The notes: generated by a model from the letters alone, not told the origin. A stretch of 64,000 bases of DNA from Nitrospirota bacterium (GCA_021825295.1 JAKAHV010000002.1:70189-134188), one strand, 5' to 3'; numbered from the stretch's first letter, positions 34,994 to 47,251 are shown. Translations and numbers: made by a program.

Positions 34994-36436
34994 TTGGAAT
35001 TGCACCAGCTTGGAGTGGAGGAGTTAAAAAACGTCCTGGACAAAGGCGGGGTGTCCCCCGCGGAGGTCCTGGACTCCGTTTTCAAGCGCATAGACGCCAT
35101 CCAGGAAAAGGTGAAGGCCTTTGTCACCCTCACGCGCGAGCAGGCATACGGGATGGCCGCCGCCGCTGGCGCCAGGGGTGCTGGCGCCCTTGCGGGAATC
35201 CCGATTGCGATAAAAGACAACATCTGCACGAAGGGGATCAGGACCACCTGCTCTTCCAGGATGCTTGAGAATTTCGTTCCGCCCTATGAGAGCACGGTCA
35301 CCGGGAGGCTCCTGGAGGCCGGATATGTGCTTGTGGGCAAGACGAACCTGGATGAGTTCGCGATGGGTTCGTCGACGGAGAACTCCGCTTTTTTTACGAC
35401 CAGAAACCCATGGGACCTTGACCGGATACCCGGTGGAAGCAGCGGAGGCTCGGCCGCGGCCGTAAGCGCGGGTATGTGCGCCGCCGCGCTGGGTTCCGAT
35501 ACAGGCGGCTCCATAAGGCAGCCGGCGTCTCTGTGCGGCGTTGTCGGTCTGAAACCCACATACGGCAGGGTATCCAGGCACGGGCTTGTGGCATTCGCCT
35601 CATCCCTGGACCAGATCGGGCCGATCACAAAGACCGTGAAGGATGCGGCCATTCTTCTGAATATAATCGCCGGGCACGATGCCGCCGACTCGACCTCCGC
35701 TCCGATGCCCATACCAGATTTCACCAGACCGGCGGGAATGGACATAAAGGGGTTTAGGGTGGGCATACCAAAGGAATACTTCATACCGGGCATGGACAGG
35801 GAAGTTGAAGCGGCCGTCCTTGCCGCGGTAAAACAGCTTGAGGCCCTGGGGGCCATTCCGGTCGAGGTGAGCCTGCCGCATACGGCCTATGCCATCGCCA
35901 CCTATTACATACTTGCCACCTCGGAGGCTTCCTCCAACCTGGCCAGATACGACGGCGTGAAATACGGGTTCAGGGCCGGTGGGAAGGACCTCCTGGAGAC
36001 ATACATGAACACGAGGGCGCAGGGTTTCGGCCCGGAGGTCAAAAGAAGGATAATGCTTGGCACCTATGCCCTCTCATCGGGTTACTACGAGGCCTATTAC
36101 GGCAGGGCGCAGCAGGTCAGGACCCTGATAAAAAAGGATTTTGAAGAGGCGTTCAAGTCGGTCGACATCATAGCCACGCCGACCTCCCCCACTGCGGCCT
36201 TCAAGGTGGGCGAGAAGGCAGCGGACCCTCTCCAGATGTATCTTTCCGACATATTTACGATCTCGATAAATCTGGCAGGGCTGCCAGGCATCTCGGTGCC
36301 GTGCGGGTTTACCCGCGAGGAACTGCCCATAGGGCTTCAGCTCATAGGGAGGCATTTCGACGAGGAGACAGTCATCCGGGTTGCGCATGCCTATGAGCAG
36401 TCGACTGACTGGCACGGCAGAAGGCCTAAACTTTAG
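34994..36436 (+). CDS. gatA: Glu-tRNA(Gln)/Asp-tRNA(Asn) amidotransferase subunit A
   Basis: TTG 34994, 10 nt after AGGAGG, gives [13 protein letters not shown], a typical GatA N-terminus. Amidase signature [11 protein letters not shown]. The longer ORF starting at 34814 runs into repeat D1. Confidence 0.9.
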   Translation: MELHQLGVEELKNVLDKGGVSPAEVLDSVFKRIDAIQEKVKAFVTLTREQAYGMAAAAGARGAGALAGIPIAIKDNICTKGIRTTCSSRMLENFVPPYESTVTGRLLEAGYVLVGKTNLDEFAMGSSTENSAFFTTRNPWDLDRIPGGSSGGSAAAVSAGMCAAALGSDTGGSIRQPASLCGVVGLKPTYGRVSRHGLVAFASSLDQIGPITKTVKDAAILLNIIAGHDAADSTSAPMPIPDFTRPAGMDIKGFRVGIPKEYFIPGMDREVEAAVLAAVKQLEALGAIPVEVSLPHTAYAIATYYILATSEASSNLARYDGVKYGFRAGGKDLLETYMNTRAQGFGPEVKRRIMLGTYALSSGYYEAYYGRAQQVRTLIKKDFEEAFKSVDIIATPTSPTAAFKVGEKAADPLQMYLSDIFTISINLAGLPGISVPCGFTREELPIGLQLIGRHFDEETVIRVAHAYEQSTDWHGRRPKL

Positions 36437-36472
36437 GCCGGAACTTTAGGAAGGAAATCCCCGGAAAAGGCA

Positions 36473-37915
36473 ATGGGTGAAAGCGACATATACGAAGCGG
36501 TGATCGGTCTTGAAGTCCATGCGCAGCTTCTGACGGACTCCAAGATATTTTGCGGCTGTTCCACGAAGTTCGGCCTGCCGCCAAATTCCCAGACCTGTCC
36601 GGTCTGCACCGGCATGCCGGGCTCTCTGCCCGTGCTGAACCGCAAGGCGTTGGAGTTCACGATAAAAACGGGCCTGGCCATGAATTGCATCATAGCCGGC
36701 TTCAGCCGGTTTGCAAGGAAAAACTACTTCTATCCCGACCTCCCGAAGGGCTATCAGATAAGCCAGTACGAGCTGCCCGTATGCGAGCATGGATACGTGG
36801 AGATAAACGCCGGCGGCAAGGTCAAAAAGATAGGGCTTACCCGCATCCACATCGAGGAAGACGCGGGCAAAAACATACACGAGGGCGGCCCTTACAGCCT
36901 GGTCGATTTGAACCGCGCCGGGGTGCCGCTCATGGAGATAGTCTCGGAGCCCGACATGAGGAGCCCCGAGGAGGCCGGGGCCTACATGCGCAAGCTGAGG
37001 ACGATACTTCGCTATATAGGGGTCTGCGACGGCAACATGGAGCAGGGTTCGCTTCGCTGCGACGCGAACGTCTCGGTGAGGCCGGAAGGTTCAGGCGCGT
37101 TTGGCACAAAGGTGGAGCTGAAGAACATGAACAGTTTCAAGTTCGTCGAAAAGGCGCTCGAATATGAGATCAAAAGACAGATAAGCGCCGTAAAAAAAGG
37201 CGAGCGGATCATCCAGGAGACGAGGCTCTGGGATTCCGCGGCCGGCGTCACCCAGCCCATGCGCACGAAGGAGGAGGCCCACGATTACCGCTATTTCCCG
37301 GAGCCGGACCTGGTCCCCTTCATGCCGGCCGAGGAATGGGTCAGGGAGATTGGGGCCTCGATCCCGGAGCTGCCGGACGCCAGGCGCGCAAGGTTTGTCC
37401 AGGCCTATGGCCTGCCCGAATACGATGCCGACCTGCTTACGTCCGAGCGGCCGCTTGCGGAGTGGTTCGAGGAGGCCGTGAGGCTCGGGGCCCAGCCGAA
37501 GCCGGCAAGCAACTGGATAATGGGCGAGCTGATGAGACTTTTAAATGAGGACGGGATATCCGTGGAGGCATCCCCGCTTGCCCCCGCGGGACTGGTCGAG
37601 CTGCTTTCCCTCATCGATGCTGGCACGATAAGCGGCAAGATCGCCAAGACCGTCTTCGAGGAGATGTACCGGAGCCGGAAGCCCGCATCCGCGATAGTGA
37701 AGGAAAAAGGGCTGCTGCAAATCAGTGACGAGTCGGAGCTTTCATCCCTCATCGATCAGGTCATCGGGGCCAATCCGAATGAGGCCGGCAGATACAGAGG
37801 CGGGGAGGAAAAGCTTTTGGGGTTCTTCGTCGGACAGGTAATGAAGGCCACCAAGGGCAAAGCCAACCCGGGCATGATTAATAAATTACTTAAAGAAAAG
37901 CTCAAAAAAGATTAA
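36473..37915 (+). CDS. gatB: Glu-tRNA(Gln)/Asp-tRNA(Asn) amidotransferase subunit B
   Basis: [29 protein letters not shown]-terminus and a C-terminal GatB/YqeY tail; 480 aa. Confidence 0.92.
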   Translation: MGESDIYEAVIGLEVHAQLLTDSKIFCGCSTKFGLPPNSQTCPVCTGMPGSLPVLNRKALEFTIKTGLAMNCIIAGFSRFARKNYFYPDLPKGYQISQYELPVCEHGYVEINAGGKVKKIGLTRIHIEEDAGKNIHEGGPYSLVDLNRAGVPLMEIVSEPDMRSPEEAGAYMRKLRTILRYIGVCDGNMEQGSLRCDANVSVRPEGSGAFGTKVELKNMNSFKFVEKALEYEIKRQISAVKKGERIIQETRLWDSAAGVTQPMRTKEEAHDYRYFPEPDLVPFMPAEEWVREIGASIPELPDARRARFVQAYGLPEYDADLLTSERPLAEWFEEAVRLGAQPKPASNWIMGELMRLLNEDGISVEASPLAPAGLVELLSLIDAGTISGKIAKTVFEEMYRSRKPASAIVKEKGLLQISDESELSSLIDQVIGANPNEAGRYRGGEEKLLGFFVGQVMKATKGKANPGMINKLLKEKLKKD

Positions 37916-37933
37916 ATTTATTTGTTTTTTTGG

Positions 37934-38195
37934 CTACCGGGTTTTCTGTGGGTATTCCCCCTCCCTTGAGGGGAGGGATAACGCTTTGCCCGTAAATGAC
38001 GCACAATAATCGCTCAGCATCCGTGGAATGGGTTCTCAGCTCTTTAGCATAACCAATCAGTCTGTCAGTCTTAAGCACCCTCTCCCTGCCTCTCCCCTCA
38101 AGGGAGAGGAGATAACAGCCTTCCCCGCCCTCTCAACCCTGTGCCCCTGCCATCTTCCTCAGGAAAAATTAACCCATACTAAACCCTGAAGAGCC
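37934..38195 (-). repeat. Repeat family D copy 2 (inverted relative to copy 1)
   Basis: ctaccgggttttctgtgggtattccccctcccttgagggg...gaagagcc is the reverse complement of 34610-34899, with small indels. Confidence 0.7.
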
Positions 38196-38314
38196 GTTTT
38201 TTTAACCCGGGTTTTTTATTTTGGCTTACGCCCGGAACGGCCTGACCGAATGAATAGTCAGGCAGGTAAATGGGCGGCAAGCGGGGTAATTGGTCTCCCT
38301 GGCCGTTATTATAG

Positions 38315-39187
38315 TCAGCCCCTTATTATCCTCATGCTTATGTCCGCCGCCGGGGCGGAGTGCGTTATCGAGCCTGTGGAGATGAGGTCCACGCCGGTTT
38401 CGGCTATCCGGCGGACGTTTTCGAGGGTCACGTTGCCGGAGGCCTCAAGCAGGGCCCTTTTGCCGCAAAGCCTGACGGCCTCTTTCATCTCGGGGATGCC
38501 CATGTTGTCCAGCATGATTACGTCCGCGCCGGCCTCGAGCGCCGCCTTCACCTGGGCCAGGTCCCCGGTTTCGACCTCTATTTTCAGGAGGTGCATGCCC
38601 TGTCTTTTCGCGAGCGCCACGGCTTTTTTTATCTCTCCGACCGCCGCTATATGGTTGTCCTTGATGAGGATGCCGTCGAAAAGACCGAACCGGTGATTGG
38701 TCCCCCCGCCCGCCCGGACCGCGTATTTCTCCATGTAACGCATTCCGGGGGTTGTCTTCCTGGTGTCGCAGAGTTTTGCGTCGAGGCCCTTCAGTGCCTG
38801 TACGAATTTTCCCGTAAGGGTGGCGATGCCGGAGAGGCGCTGCAGCACATTCAGCGAGACCCGCTCGGAGGCAAGCAGTGAGGCCGTCCGGCCCGTTATC
38901 TCCGCAAGGACGGTGTTTTTTTTCGCCCTTGAGCCTTCCCTGACCATGGGCCTGAAAACCGTGCGGTCATCCACAAGCCGGAAGACTAGCCCGGCGAAAG
39001 GCAGGCCGGCGGCGATGAAATCCCCCTTCGCGACGAGTCTGGCGGAGGATTTTTGTCTGTCGTTCAGCAGAAGACGGGAGGTTATATCGCCCTGGGGCCC
39101 GAGGTCCTCCTCCAGCGACATGGCGAGAAACCGCCGAATATGGGCGGGCAGGTGAAAATAAAAATCCGTTTCGCCCGTTTCTTTCAC
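38315..39187 (-). CDS. nadC: Nicotinate-nucleotide pyrophosphorylase (quinolinate phosphoribosyltransferase)
   Basis: ERVSLNVLQRLSGIATLT, DTRKTTPGMRYMEKYAVRAGGGTNHRFGLFDGILIKDNHI. Confidence 0.9.
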   Translation of the reverse strand: MKETGETDFYFHLPAHIRRFLAMSLEEDLGPQGDITSRLLLNDRQKSSARLVAKGDFIAAGLPFAGLVFRLVDDRTVFRPMVREGSRAKKNTVLAEITGRTASLLASERVSLNVLQRLSGIATLTGKFVQALKGLDAKLCDTRKTTPGMRYMEKYAVRAGGGTNHRFGLFDGILIKDNHIAAVGEIKKAVALAKRQGMHLLKIEVETGDLAQVKAALEAGADVIMLDNMGIPEMKEAVRLCGKRALLEASGNVTLENVRRIAETGVDLISTGSITHSAPAADISMRIIRG

Positions 39188-39208
39188 TTCGCTTTCAGGG
39201 CAGCAGCC

Positions 39209-39694
39209 TCAGGAGCGGTTCCTTAAAAGGGAGAGGAACCCGAGCACGCCGCCTATCATCGCTCCAAGGCAAAGGGCGGTCTTGGCGTTAAGAAGCGTTG
39301 TCACACTGCCCTCCACGTTTCCGGCGATGAGCAGCACGGAGGCGCTGTTTTCCATCTTCACCTCCTTCGCGGCCACTATGGCGGCCGCGGCCCTGGTCAT
39401 CACGGCCTGTTCCTTGGCGACGGCAATCGGCGAGAAGGCGAAGTTGAGCTGAGTGTTGTTGCCGACCACAACGCCCGCAAGGGACTGATTGACGCTTACG
39501 TCGCCCCCGCGCAGTATTCCGTTTGCCCCCTGAGTGACATCTATCTTTTCCCCGTCCACGCTGAGCGCCGCCACCTGCTGCATCTGCACGCGGGAGCCCT
39601 CCACGCCGCGCACCGTGGAATTCCTGATGTTGACAAACTCGGCTTCAACAAAGCTAAGGTCCTTGCCCTCCAGAGAAAATGTCTGTTCAGCCAT
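39209..39694 (-). CDS. Hypothetical protein with C-terminal membrane anchor
   Basis: 161 aa. Repetitive beta-rich body (VxGxxV-type) and a hydrophobic tail [18 protein letters not shown]. Its start overlaps the valS stop by 8 nt. No family recognised. Confidence 0.4.
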   Translation of the reverse strand: MAEQTFSLEGKDLSFVEAEFVNIRNSTVRGVEGSRVQMQQVAALSVDGEKIDVTQGANGILRGGDVSVNQSLAGVVVGNNTQLNFAFSPIAVAKEQAVMTRAAAAIVAAKEVKMENSASVLLIAGNVEGSVTTLLNAKTALCLGAMIGGVLGFLSLLRNRS

Positions 39695-42353
39695 TTTCCA
39701 CCTCCATGCTTTTGAGCCTGTTTATGCTCTCCTCAAGATTCCGCTTTTTGTCCTCCAGCTCCCGGCATTTCGCCTTTTCCTTCGCCACCACGGCCTCCGG
39801 CGCCTTGTTTACAAACTCTTCATCCATAAGCTTTCGAAGGCAGAAGTCCAACTCCTTGCCGGTCCTGCCCAGTTCCCTGCCAAGTCTGTCCAGCTCCGTC
39901 TCGATGTCAAGCAGACCCGCCACGGGCACGTAGACCTCCAGCCCCTGCATTACGTTGACGGCGGCCTTTTTGGGTTTTTGGTCCTCAATCCCCGTTCCGA
40001 TAATTATACTATCCGCGCCCGCAAGGCGCTTTATATAAGGCACATGCCTTTTGAGGGTATCGGCGGCCGCCCCGGAATAGGCGTTCACGATGACGTTCAC
40101 CTTCGCGCCCGGCCGGATGCCCAGCTCCCCCCTTATGTTTCTGACCGCGCTTATGGCGTCGATGACCGGGCCCATCTGCTCCTCCGCCTCAGGGAACCGG
40201 GGCAGGTCTTTGGGATAGGCTGCCGTCATTATGCTCTGCCCCTTTCCCGCGGGGGCAATCGTCTGCCAGAGTTCCTCGGTTACAAAGGGCATGAAGGGGT
40301 GCAGGAGTTTCAGGACCATATCCAGGGTATGCAGCAGGCACCAGCGTATGCCCTTCGCCTGGCCGGCGTCTTCGAGCCCCGTCTTGGCAAGCTCTATGTA
40401 CCAGTCGCAGAATTCATGCCACAGAAACTGGTACAGCCTGTTTGAGGCGTCGTTGAAGCGGTATTCCTCAAGGGCCAGGTTGATTTCCTCCGCGGCCTGG
40501 GAGAGCCTGCTTAATATCCAGCGGCTGGGCAGATCGGAGACGCCGTCTATGGAGCCGGCCGCCTCTTCCTGCGTGTTCATCGATATGAATTTGGAGGCGT
40601 TCCACAGCTTGTTGATGAAGTGCCTGTAGCCCTTGACGCGCTCTTCCGAGAATTTTATGTCCCGGCCCTGCGCGGCAAAGGCCGCAAGCGTAAACCGGAA
40701 GGCGTCCGCGCCATACTTGTCGACGATGGTGAGAGGGTCCACAACGTTGCCCTTGGACTTGCTCATCTTCTGTCCTTCCTGGTCCCGCACGAGCGCGTGG
40801 ATGTAAACGTCCCTGAATGGCACATCCCCCATGAATTTCAGCCCCATCATGATCATGCGGGCGACCCAGAAAAACAGTATATCGAAGGCCGTCACGAGGG
40901 TGCCAGTCGGATAAAAGCTCTTCAGGTCGGGTGTCTCTTCGGGCCACCCGAGCGTGGAGAAGGGCCAGAGCGCGGAGGAAAACCACGTGTCGAGCACGTC
41001 CGGGTCCTGCTCCGGCGCCGCCCCCCCGCACCTGGGGCATGCCTGCGGGGTCACGCGGGCCACTATCACCTGGCCGCATTGCCTGCAATACCACACCGGA
41101 ATCCGATGCCCCCACCATATCTGCCTCGATATGCACCAGTCCTTTATGTTTTCCATCCATGCGAAATAACTGTTGCTCCAGCCCTCGGGGATTATGCGCA
41201 CCCTGCCCTGCCGCACCGCCTCTATGGCCTCGCGCGCAAGGGGCTCTACCCTTACATACCACTGGGGCGTGGAAAGCGGCTCTATGACGGTCTTGCACCT
41301 GTAGCAGTGGCCGATGGAGTGGGTGTATTTTTCCTCCTTTTCCAGCAGGCCGAGGGATTTCAGGTCCTCCACCACCAGCTTTCTGCATTCGTAGCGGTCG
41401 AGCCCGGCGTATCTCGGGCCCGCCTGCGCGGTCATCTTCCCGTCCGCCCCGATCACGCTGACGGACTCCAGGGGCGGGCTCTGCCTTTTGCCTATCTCCT
41501 CGTCGTTAAAATCGTGGGCAGGGGTCACCTTTACAGCGCCGGTGCCAAACTCCATTTCGACAGCCGGGTCCGCCACAACGGGGATTTGCCTGCAGGTAAG
41601 GGGAAGGTCGAGCTTGCGGCCGATCAGTTCATTGTAGCGCCCGTCTGCCGGGTTGACGGCGACGGCCGTATCCCCGAGCATCGTCTCCGGCCTTGTTGTC
41701 GCGACCAGCACATGGCCCTTTCCCCCGGAAAGCGGATATTTTATATAGGTGAGGATGCCTTCCTCCTCTTCATGCTCCACTTCGAGGTCGGACAGCGCGG
41801 TGCGGCAGCGCGGACACCAGTTTATCAGCCTTGCGGAACGGTAAATAAGCCCCTCTTCGTAGAGCTTCACGAAGACGGTCCGTACGGCCTCTGAAAGCCC
41901 GTCATCCAGGGTGAAGCGCTCCCTGGACCAGTCAGCCGACGCCCCCATCACCTTAAGCTGATGGATTATCCTTCCGCCGTATTCACCCTTCCATTTCCAG
42001 ACCCTTTTTATGAACTCCTCCCTGCCAAGCTGGTGGCGGTCTGTTTTCTCCTTCGCCAGCTCCCTCTCCACCACATTCTGCGTCGCTATGCCTGCATGGT
42101 CGGTGCCCGGCAGCCACAGGGCCCTGGCGCCCTGCATCCGCCTCCACCTGACAAGGACGTCCTGAAGGGTCGCGTTGAGCGCATGGCCCATGTGAAGGGA
42201 GCCTGTTACGTTCGGGGGCGGGATGACGATGCAATACGGGCGGCCGGAGGGATTTACCTCCGGTTTAAAAAGACTTTTTTCGAGCCAGAAATCGTACCAT
42301 TTCCGCTCAATAGTCTTTGGATCGTAGCTCTTGCGCTCCGCCTGATCGGACAT
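39687..42353 (-). CDS. valS: Valyl-tRNA synthetase
   Basis: [16 protein letters not shown] (HIGH region), KMSKSKGN, and a C-terminal coiled coil; 888 aa. Confidence 0.95.
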   Translation of the reverse strand: MSDQAERKSYDPKTIERKWYDFWLEKSLFKPEVNPSGRPYCIVIPPPNVTGSLHMGHALNATLQDVLVRWRRMQGARALWLPGTDHAGIATQNVVERELAKEKTDRHQLGREEFIKRVWKWKGEYGGRIIHQLKVMGASADWSRERFTLDDGLSEAVRTVFVKLYEEGLIYRSARLINWCPRCRTALSDLEVEHEEEEGILTYIKYPLSGGKGHVLVATTRPETMLGDTAVAVNPADGRYNELIGRKLDLPLTCRQIPVVADPAVEMEFGTGAVKVTPAHDFNDEEIGKRQSPPLESVSVIGADGKMTAQAGPRYAGLDRYECRKLVVEDLKSLGLLEKEEKYTHSIGHCYRCKTVIEPLSTPQWYVRVEPLAREAIEAVRQGRVRIIPEGWSNSYFAWMENIKDWCISRQIWWGHRIPVWYCRQCGQVIVARVTPQACPRCGGAAPEQDPDVLDTWFSSALWPFSTLGWPEETPDLKSFYPTGTLVTAFDILFFWVARMIMMGLKFMGDVPFRDVYIHALVRDQEGQKMSKSKGNVVDPLTIVDKYGADAFRFTLAAFAAQGRDIKFSEERVKGYRHFINKLWNASKFISMNTQEEAAGSIDGVSDLPSRWILSRLSQAAEEINLALEEYRFNDASNRLYQFLWHEFCDWYIELAKTGLEDAGQAKGIRWCLLHTLDMVLKLLHPFMPFVTEELWQTIAPAGKGQSIMTAAYPKDLPRFPEAEEQMGPVIDAISAVRNIRGELGIRPGAKVNVIVNAYSGAAADTLKRHVPYIKRLAGADSIIIGTGIEDQKPKKAAVNVMQGLEVYVPVAGLLDIETELDRLGRELGRTGKELDFCLRKLMDEEFVNKAPEAVVAKEKAKCRELEDKKRNLEESINRLKSMEVENG

Positions 42354-42370
42354 AGGGATGTGTCTTTCTT

Positions 42371-43321
42371 TTAAATCCCCTGCTTGATGGATTCTATCTC
42401 TTTTTTAATGATGGATTCGGCAAGCTCCGGCACGGTCTCCCATACTACCCGCTCGATCTCTTTTTTCATGCCGGCGACGGCGGCCGCGGTGGCCTGGGAG
42501 ACAAGCGATTCCAATGCTGCCGGCAGGGTCTCGCCGGCAATTTTCTGCACGGCTTCGTTTATGGCCGGCGCGGCGGCCTCCCGCACAATGACTGTGAGGT
42601 CCAGCTTCTCCATGGACTCCCGGATGGAAGCAGCCACCCGGGCCTCGATTGCCGCCTTTATCTCCTCCGGGCTGATAACCGGGGTCTGCAGTTTCGCAGC
42701 GGCGGCGTCTCCCGCTTCAGCGGGGGCAGCCACGGTGGCGGCGTTCTGGGCAGCCATATCCGCGGAGAAGGCGGTTTCTTCAACAGGCGAAACCACCACT
42801 TCCTTCACGTAATGCTCGGAAACGATTTCCTCCTCCGGATTTTCAAGAAGCTTTTCATCGCCCAATCCGCCGGTAAAATCCGCTTCGCCGGCCGCCTGGG
42901 CAAGTATCTCGCCAAACCCTTCAGCCGCGGTTTCGGCTTCCGCTTCAGCCGGGAGGGCCTTCCGGAGTTTTGAGACGAGGTCGTGTGATTCGAACGGCTT
43001 TATAATGTAATCGTCAGCGCCGGTCTTTTTGATAAGCTCTTCATCCACGGTCTCGAACGCGCCGACCATAAGTATGACCGGTATGGAGTGGGTCGCCGGG
43101 GAGCTCTTGATCGTCTGGCAGAGCTCATAGCCGCCCATCCTGGGCATCTCCACATCCGCAAGCACGATATCGGGCTTGAAGGAAGAAAGCGCCTCCAGCG
43201 CATCTTCCCCGTTGCCCGTGAGTTTCAGCTCGAAACCCTCATCGGCAAGGACAAGCTCGACGACCTTCTGAATGGTTATGCTGTCATCGGCAAGAAGGAG
43301 CTTTTTGCTTTTGTTCCCCAT
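42371..43321 (-). CDS. CheY-like response regulator with Ala/Glu-rich C-terminal extension
   Basis: Receiver motifs LLLADDS...[18 protein letters not shown]...IKPF. The C-terminal 180 aa are low-complexity with no recognised output domain. Confidence 0.75.
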   Translation of the reverse strand: MGNKSKKLLLADDSITIQKVVELVLADEGFELKLTGNGEDALEALSSFKPDIVLADVEMPRMGGYELCQTIKSSPATHSIPVILMVGAFETVDEELIKKTGADDYIIKPFESHDLVSKLRKALPAEAEAETAAEGFGEILAQAAGEADFTGGLGDEKLLENPEEEIVSEHYVKEVVVSPVEETAFSADMAAQNAATVAAPAEAGDAAAAKLQTPVISPEEIKAAIEARVAASIRESMEKLDLTVIVREAAAPAINEAVQKIAGETLPAALESLVSQATAAAVAGMKKEIERVVWETVPELAESIIKKEIESIKQGI

Positions 43322-43518
43322 AGCGTTCGATTTTATTGTCTGTATTTTAAAAAGTCAAGAAAACCCCGGTATTAAAATCATCCCTTCCCGGCCCTTCCCC
43401 GCACTGGTGGAGAGTTTAATCAAAGGCCGCAAGCTAAATCCCCTCCGTCTCAGGAGGGGATTTGGGAGATGATCCTTTCCTTAAGCCATGCCGAGGACAC
43501 GCCTCAGCGGGAAGGGCT

Positions 43519-43710
43519 TCAGCAGCCGCCAGAGCCGGACGAAGTCATGCCACCGAAGGGGCCAAAACCCCCCGAGCAGGCGAAGCTCGACATCTTCTTC
43601 GTCACCTGGGCGGATTTGCACTTCGGGCAGACGGGCTCCTCACCAGCCTTTATCTTGAGGAAGGTAAACTCGGCTTTGCACTTGTCGCACTTGTATTCGT
43701 AAACGGGCAT
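43519..43710 (-). CDS. FmdB-family zinc-ribbon protein
   Basis: MPVYEYKCDKCKAEF...CPKCKS has the CxxC...CxxC pattern of that family. Gly/Ser-rich tail. Confidence 0.75.
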   Translation of the reverse strand: MPVYEYKCDKCKAEFTFLKIKAGEEPVCPKCKSAQVTKKMSSFACSGGFGPFGGMTSSGSGGC

Positions 43711-43791
43711 TTTCTGCATCCCTCCGGCATAGTTTAAATTTTACGAAACTATTTTAGTTTAGAATAAAAGTCCATCCGGGTCAACGGCGTG

Positions 43792-44120
43792 AGTGCCTCA
43801 GTTTGGCAATGCAGAGCGGGGCAGAAGGCAGATGGGAGCATGGCTCGCATCCGCCTTCTGCCTTACCCGCGATTCGCTTATACCCGTTTGTTTGGAGTCG
43901 CCGGGCGATAAAAAACGGATTGAGCGGCATGGTTTTTTTCATCTTTTCACGCCGATGCCGGCGAAGCGTAGCGGCCGCATCTCCGGCTGTCTAAGCCGAA
44001 GGGGGTTATCCCCGAAGGCGAGTTCCGGAGATGCAGCGGAGCGAGGCCATGCAACGGCAGAAAAAAACCCAAAAAAGCGAAAGGCGTTTTTTATCGCCCG
44101 GCTATGCCAAACTGATGCAT
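43792..44120. repeat. Repeat family A, most complete copy (MITE-like, with nested long-hairpin module)
   Basis: TIRs agtgcctcagtttggca / tgccaaactgatgcat. Internal hairpin ggcagaaggcagatg...catccgccttctgcc. Collinear with 8032-8276 and partly with 17337-17590. Confidence 0.6.
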
Positions 44121-44191
44121 TACTCAACGGCGGGGCTTCGGCGCAGTCGCGATTGACAAAATCTCCCCCGCTCCTTTATCATTTAATTTCG

Positions 44192-45067
44192 ATGTATTTT
44201 CAAGACCTTATATTGAAACTGCACGAGTACTGGTCGAAAAAGGGCTCGGTTATCCTGCAATCCTATGACATGGAGGTCGGGGCCGGGACGTTTCATCCCG
44301 CGACTTTCTTCAAGGTGCTGGGGCCGGAGCCATGGAAGGCGGGGTATGTGCAGCCGTCCAGGAGGCCCACGGACGGGCGTTACGGAGAGAACCCAAACAG
44401 GCTGCAGCACTATTACCAGTACCAGGCCATACTGAAACCCTCCCCTGTGAACTGCCAGGAGCTCTATCTTGAAAGCCTCGTCGGGCTGGGCATCGAGCCC
44501 CTGAGGCATGACATCCGCTTCGTGGAGGACGACTGGGAATCCCCTACCCTGGGCGCATGGGGGCTGGGCTGGGAGGTCTGGCTTGACGGCATGGAGATCA
44601 CCCAGTTCACCTATTTCCAGCAGATAGGCGGCATCGATCTGAAGCCGGTCCCGGTGGAGATCACTTACGGCCTGGAGCGCATAGCGATGTACCTTCAGGA
44701 GGTCGACAGCGTCTACGACCTTGAGTGGACCCGGGGGATAAAATACGGGGACATCCACCATATGTCCGAAGTGGAGTTCTCAAAATTCAATTTCGAGCTG
44801 GCAAACACGGAATTTCTCTTCCGCCAGTTCGATTCCTTCGAGGCCGAATGCATCAGGCTGCAAAAGGAGGGCCTTGTGCTGCCCGCATACGAATACTGTC
44901 TGAAATGCTCCCATACCTTCAACCTGCTTGACGCGAGGGGCGTGCTGTCGGTGACCGAGAGGACCGGCTACATAGCAAGGGTAAGGAACCTGGCCAGGCT
45001 CTGCGCGAGGGGATACCTGAAGCAGCGCGAGGAGATGGGATTTCCGCTTTTGAAGGATGAGGGGTGA
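44192..45067 (+). CDS. glyQ: Glycyl-tRNA synthetase alpha subunit
   Basis: ATG 44192 gives [36 protein letters not shown], the canonical GlyQ N-terminus. The upstream part of the 43793 ORF lies in repeat A. Confidence 0.92.
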   Translation: MYFQDLILKLHEYWSKKGSVILQSYDMEVGAGTFHPATFFKVLGPEPWKAGYVQPSRRPTDGRYGENPNRLQHYYQYQAILKPSPVNCQELYLESLVGLGIEPLRHDIRFVEDDWESPTLGAWGLGWEVWLDGMEITQFTYFQQIGGIDLKPVPVEITYGLERIAMYLQEVDSVYDLEWTRGIKYGDIHHMSEVEFSKFNFELANTEFLFRQFDSFEAECIRLQKEGLVLPAYEYCLKCSHTFNLLDARGVLSVTERTGYIARVRNLARLCARGYLKQREEMGFPLLKDEG

Positions 45068-47115
45068 AAGAGCTTCTCTTTGAGATAGGGGTGGAGGAAA
45101 TCCCCGCAAGATTTCTGCCGGGGGCGATGGAAAATCTGAAGTCCTCCGCCAAAAGGCGCTTCGAGGAAAACGGGCTTTCATTTTCCTCGATCGATGTCTT
45201 TGCCACCCCGAGGCGTCTTGCCCTGATGGTTCAGGGCCTGCCCGAAAGGCAGCCCGACAGGGTCAGGATGGTCTTCGGCCCTCCGAAAAAGATCGCCTTC
45301 GACAGGGATGGAAAGGCGACCAGGGCGCTTACCGGTTTTGCGGATTCGCTGGGCGTAAGGCCGGAGGACCTTGTGGAGAAGGAGAAAAACTCCGGGCTTT
45401 ACATGGCGGCCCTCATCCAGGAGAAAGGCAGCCCGCTGAAGGACGTCCTGCCTGGTATGCTGAAAGAGATACTGCTTTCGCTTGGCTTCCCTAAATCAAT
45501 GAGGTGGGGCGAAGGGAGCCTGAGGTTTGTAAGGCCCGTAAGGTGGCTGACCGCGCTTCTGGGCTCCGAGATACTGGGATTTGAGATTGACGGAATAAAG
45601 AGCGGAAACATAAGCAGGGGCCACAGGTTCCTCTCGTCGGGCGCCTTCCAGTTGAGGGAGGCGAAGTCGTACGAAAGCGTCATGAAATCAAGTTTCGTGA
45701 TAGTAAATCCGGCCGTAAGGCGGGAGATCATCATGGGGGAGCTTGAGCGGCTTGCCGCAACCGCGGGCGGCAGGCCCGTCCTGGACCCCGGCCTCCTGGA
45801 TACGGTCATAAACCTGGTCGAATATCCCGTCGGCATGCTCTGCGAATTCCCGAAAGAGTACCTAGAGCTTCCGGAAGAGCTCCTTGTGACGGTGATGCAG
45901 GACCATCAGAAATATTTCGCCGTGAAGGATGAAAAAGACAGGCTCCTCAATTATTTCATAGTCATCGCCAACACGCTCAGGGAAAACTACTTCATGGTAA
46001 AGGCGGGCTCTGAAAGGGTGATAAGGGCGCGTTTCGAAGACGCAAGGTTCTATTACCATGAGGACCAGAACCGCTCGCTCCGGCAGCGGGTGGATGAGCT
46101 GAGGAAAGTGGCATTCCATGAGCGGCTTGGCAGCCTTGAGGACAAGGTCAGGCGCATGGAAAGCCTTGCCGTCCATATTGCCGGGGCTGTTTGCCCGGGA
46201 TCGGTCGAGCTGGCAAGGCAGGCCGCGCTCATCTCAAAGAGCGACCTGGTTACCGGCGTTGTAAGGGAGTTTCCAGAGCTTCAGGGAATAATGGGCAGAT
46301 ACTACGCCTTAAACGACGGGGAGCCGGAAGAAGTGGCCCAGGCCATCCTGGAGCAATACCTCCCAAGGCACATGGGCGACAGCCTCCCGTCAACGGACAT
46401 AGGCGCGGTCCTGGCGCTGGCGGACAGGCTGGACAATATCGCCTCTTTCTTCCACCTCGGGCTTGCACCGACCGGCTCGGAAGACCCATTCGCCCTGAGG
46501 AGGCAGACCATCGCCTGCGCCCAGATCCTTATTGAGGGGGGCTTCGAACTCGCGATTGAAGAGCTTGCCGGGGTGGCGGTGCGCGGGCTCAAGGCAGCAG
46601 ATGCGCTTAAAACGGAGATAATGCGCTTTTTCGAATCCAGGCTGCCCCAGATATTCGAGGCGAGGGGTTTTGAAAGCGATTTGACGGACTGCCTGCTTCC
46701 CTTGTCATCCGGGTTGCCCCTGAAGTATGTCCTTGAAAGGGGCAACGAATTGAAACGGTTCCGGCAGTCTCCATCCTGGGGCCCCTTTTTGGCCGCCATA
46801 AAAAGGGTAAAAAATATCCTTCCAAAGGACAAAAAGCTGGCGCCTGTCGACAGCGGCCTCTTCAGGGAGCCCGCTGAAAGGGAATTGTTTGAGAAGCTGT
46901 CCGCCCTTGAGGCATCACTTGGCGTCCTTTTGCCGGAACGCAGCTATGAGAAGGCGCTCCGGGGCCTCTCCGGCTTGACCGAAACGGTAAACGCTTTTTT
47001 TGATGCCGTGCTCATAATGGACAAGGACGAACGCATAAGGGAGAACAGGCTCTCTCTTCTTGGCGGCATATGGGGGCTTGCGCGCAAATTCTGCGACTTT
47101 TCAAGGCTCTCCTAG
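45064..47115 (+). CDS. glyS: Glycyl-tRNA synthetase beta subunit
   Basis: [18 protein letters not shown]-terminus; 683 aa; overlaps glyQ by 4 nt. Confidence 0.92.
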   Translation: MKELLFEIGVEEIPARFLPGAMENLKSSAKRRFEENGLSFSSIDVFATPRRLALMVQGLPERQPDRVRMVFGPPKKIAFDRDGKATRALTGFADSLGVRPEDLVEKEKNSGLYMAALIQEKGSPLKDVLPGMLKEILLSLGFPKSMRWGEGSLRFVRPVRWLTALLGSEILGFEIDGIKSGNISRGHRFLSSGAFQLREAKSYESVMKSSFVIVNPAVRREIIMGELERLAATAGGRPVLDPGLLDTVINLVEYPVGMLCEFPKEYLELPEELLVTVMQDHQKYFAVKDEKDRLLNYFIVIANTLRENYFMVKAGSERVIRARFEDARFYYHEDQNRSLRQRVDELRKVAFHERLGSLEDKVRRMESLAVHIAGAVCPGSVELARQAALISKSDLVTGVVREFPELQGIMGRYYALNDGEPEEVAQAILEQYLPRHMGDSLPSTDIGAVLALADRLDNIASFFHLGLAPTGSEDPFALRRQTIACAQILIEGGFELAIEELAGVAVRGLKAADALKTEIMRFFESRLPQIFEARGFESDLTDCLLPLSSGLPLKYVLERGNELKRFRQSPSWGPFLAAIKRVKNILPKDKKLAPVDSGLFREPAERELFEKLSALEASLGVLLPERSYEKALRGLSGLTETVNAFFDAVLIMDKDERIRENRLSLLGGIWGLARKFCDFSRLS

Positions 47116-47138
47116 CGGCTTGATTCGAGAATAATTGT

Positions 47139-47168
47139 TTGACAAGGCCGCGGTTTTTTTGATATAAA
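47139..47168 (+). promoter_or_regulatory. Sigma-70 promoter candidate for tRNA-Asn
   Basis: TTGACA-N18-TATAAA ends 10 nt before the tRNA 5' end. Confidence 0.55.
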
Positions 47169-47178
47169 ATATAGATGT

Positions 47179-47251
47179 TCCTGGGTAGCTCAGCCGGCAG
47201 AGCGGGTGGCTGTTAACCACTTGGTCGGGGGTTCGAGTCCCTCCCCAGGAG
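47179..47251 (+). tRNA. tRNA-Asn (anticodon GTT)
   Basis: Cloverleaf folded by hand: acceptor tcctggg/cccagga, D arm gctc-agccggca-gagc, anticodon arm ggtgg-ctGTTaa-ccact, T arm ggggg-ttcgagt-ccctc, discriminator g. Confidence 0.9.

Noticed and set aside
43793-44191. 133-codon upstream extension of glyQ
   Set aside because: It lies entirely in repeat family A, and similar pseudo-peptides appear at the other copies. The canonical GlyQ N-terminus starts at ATG 44192.
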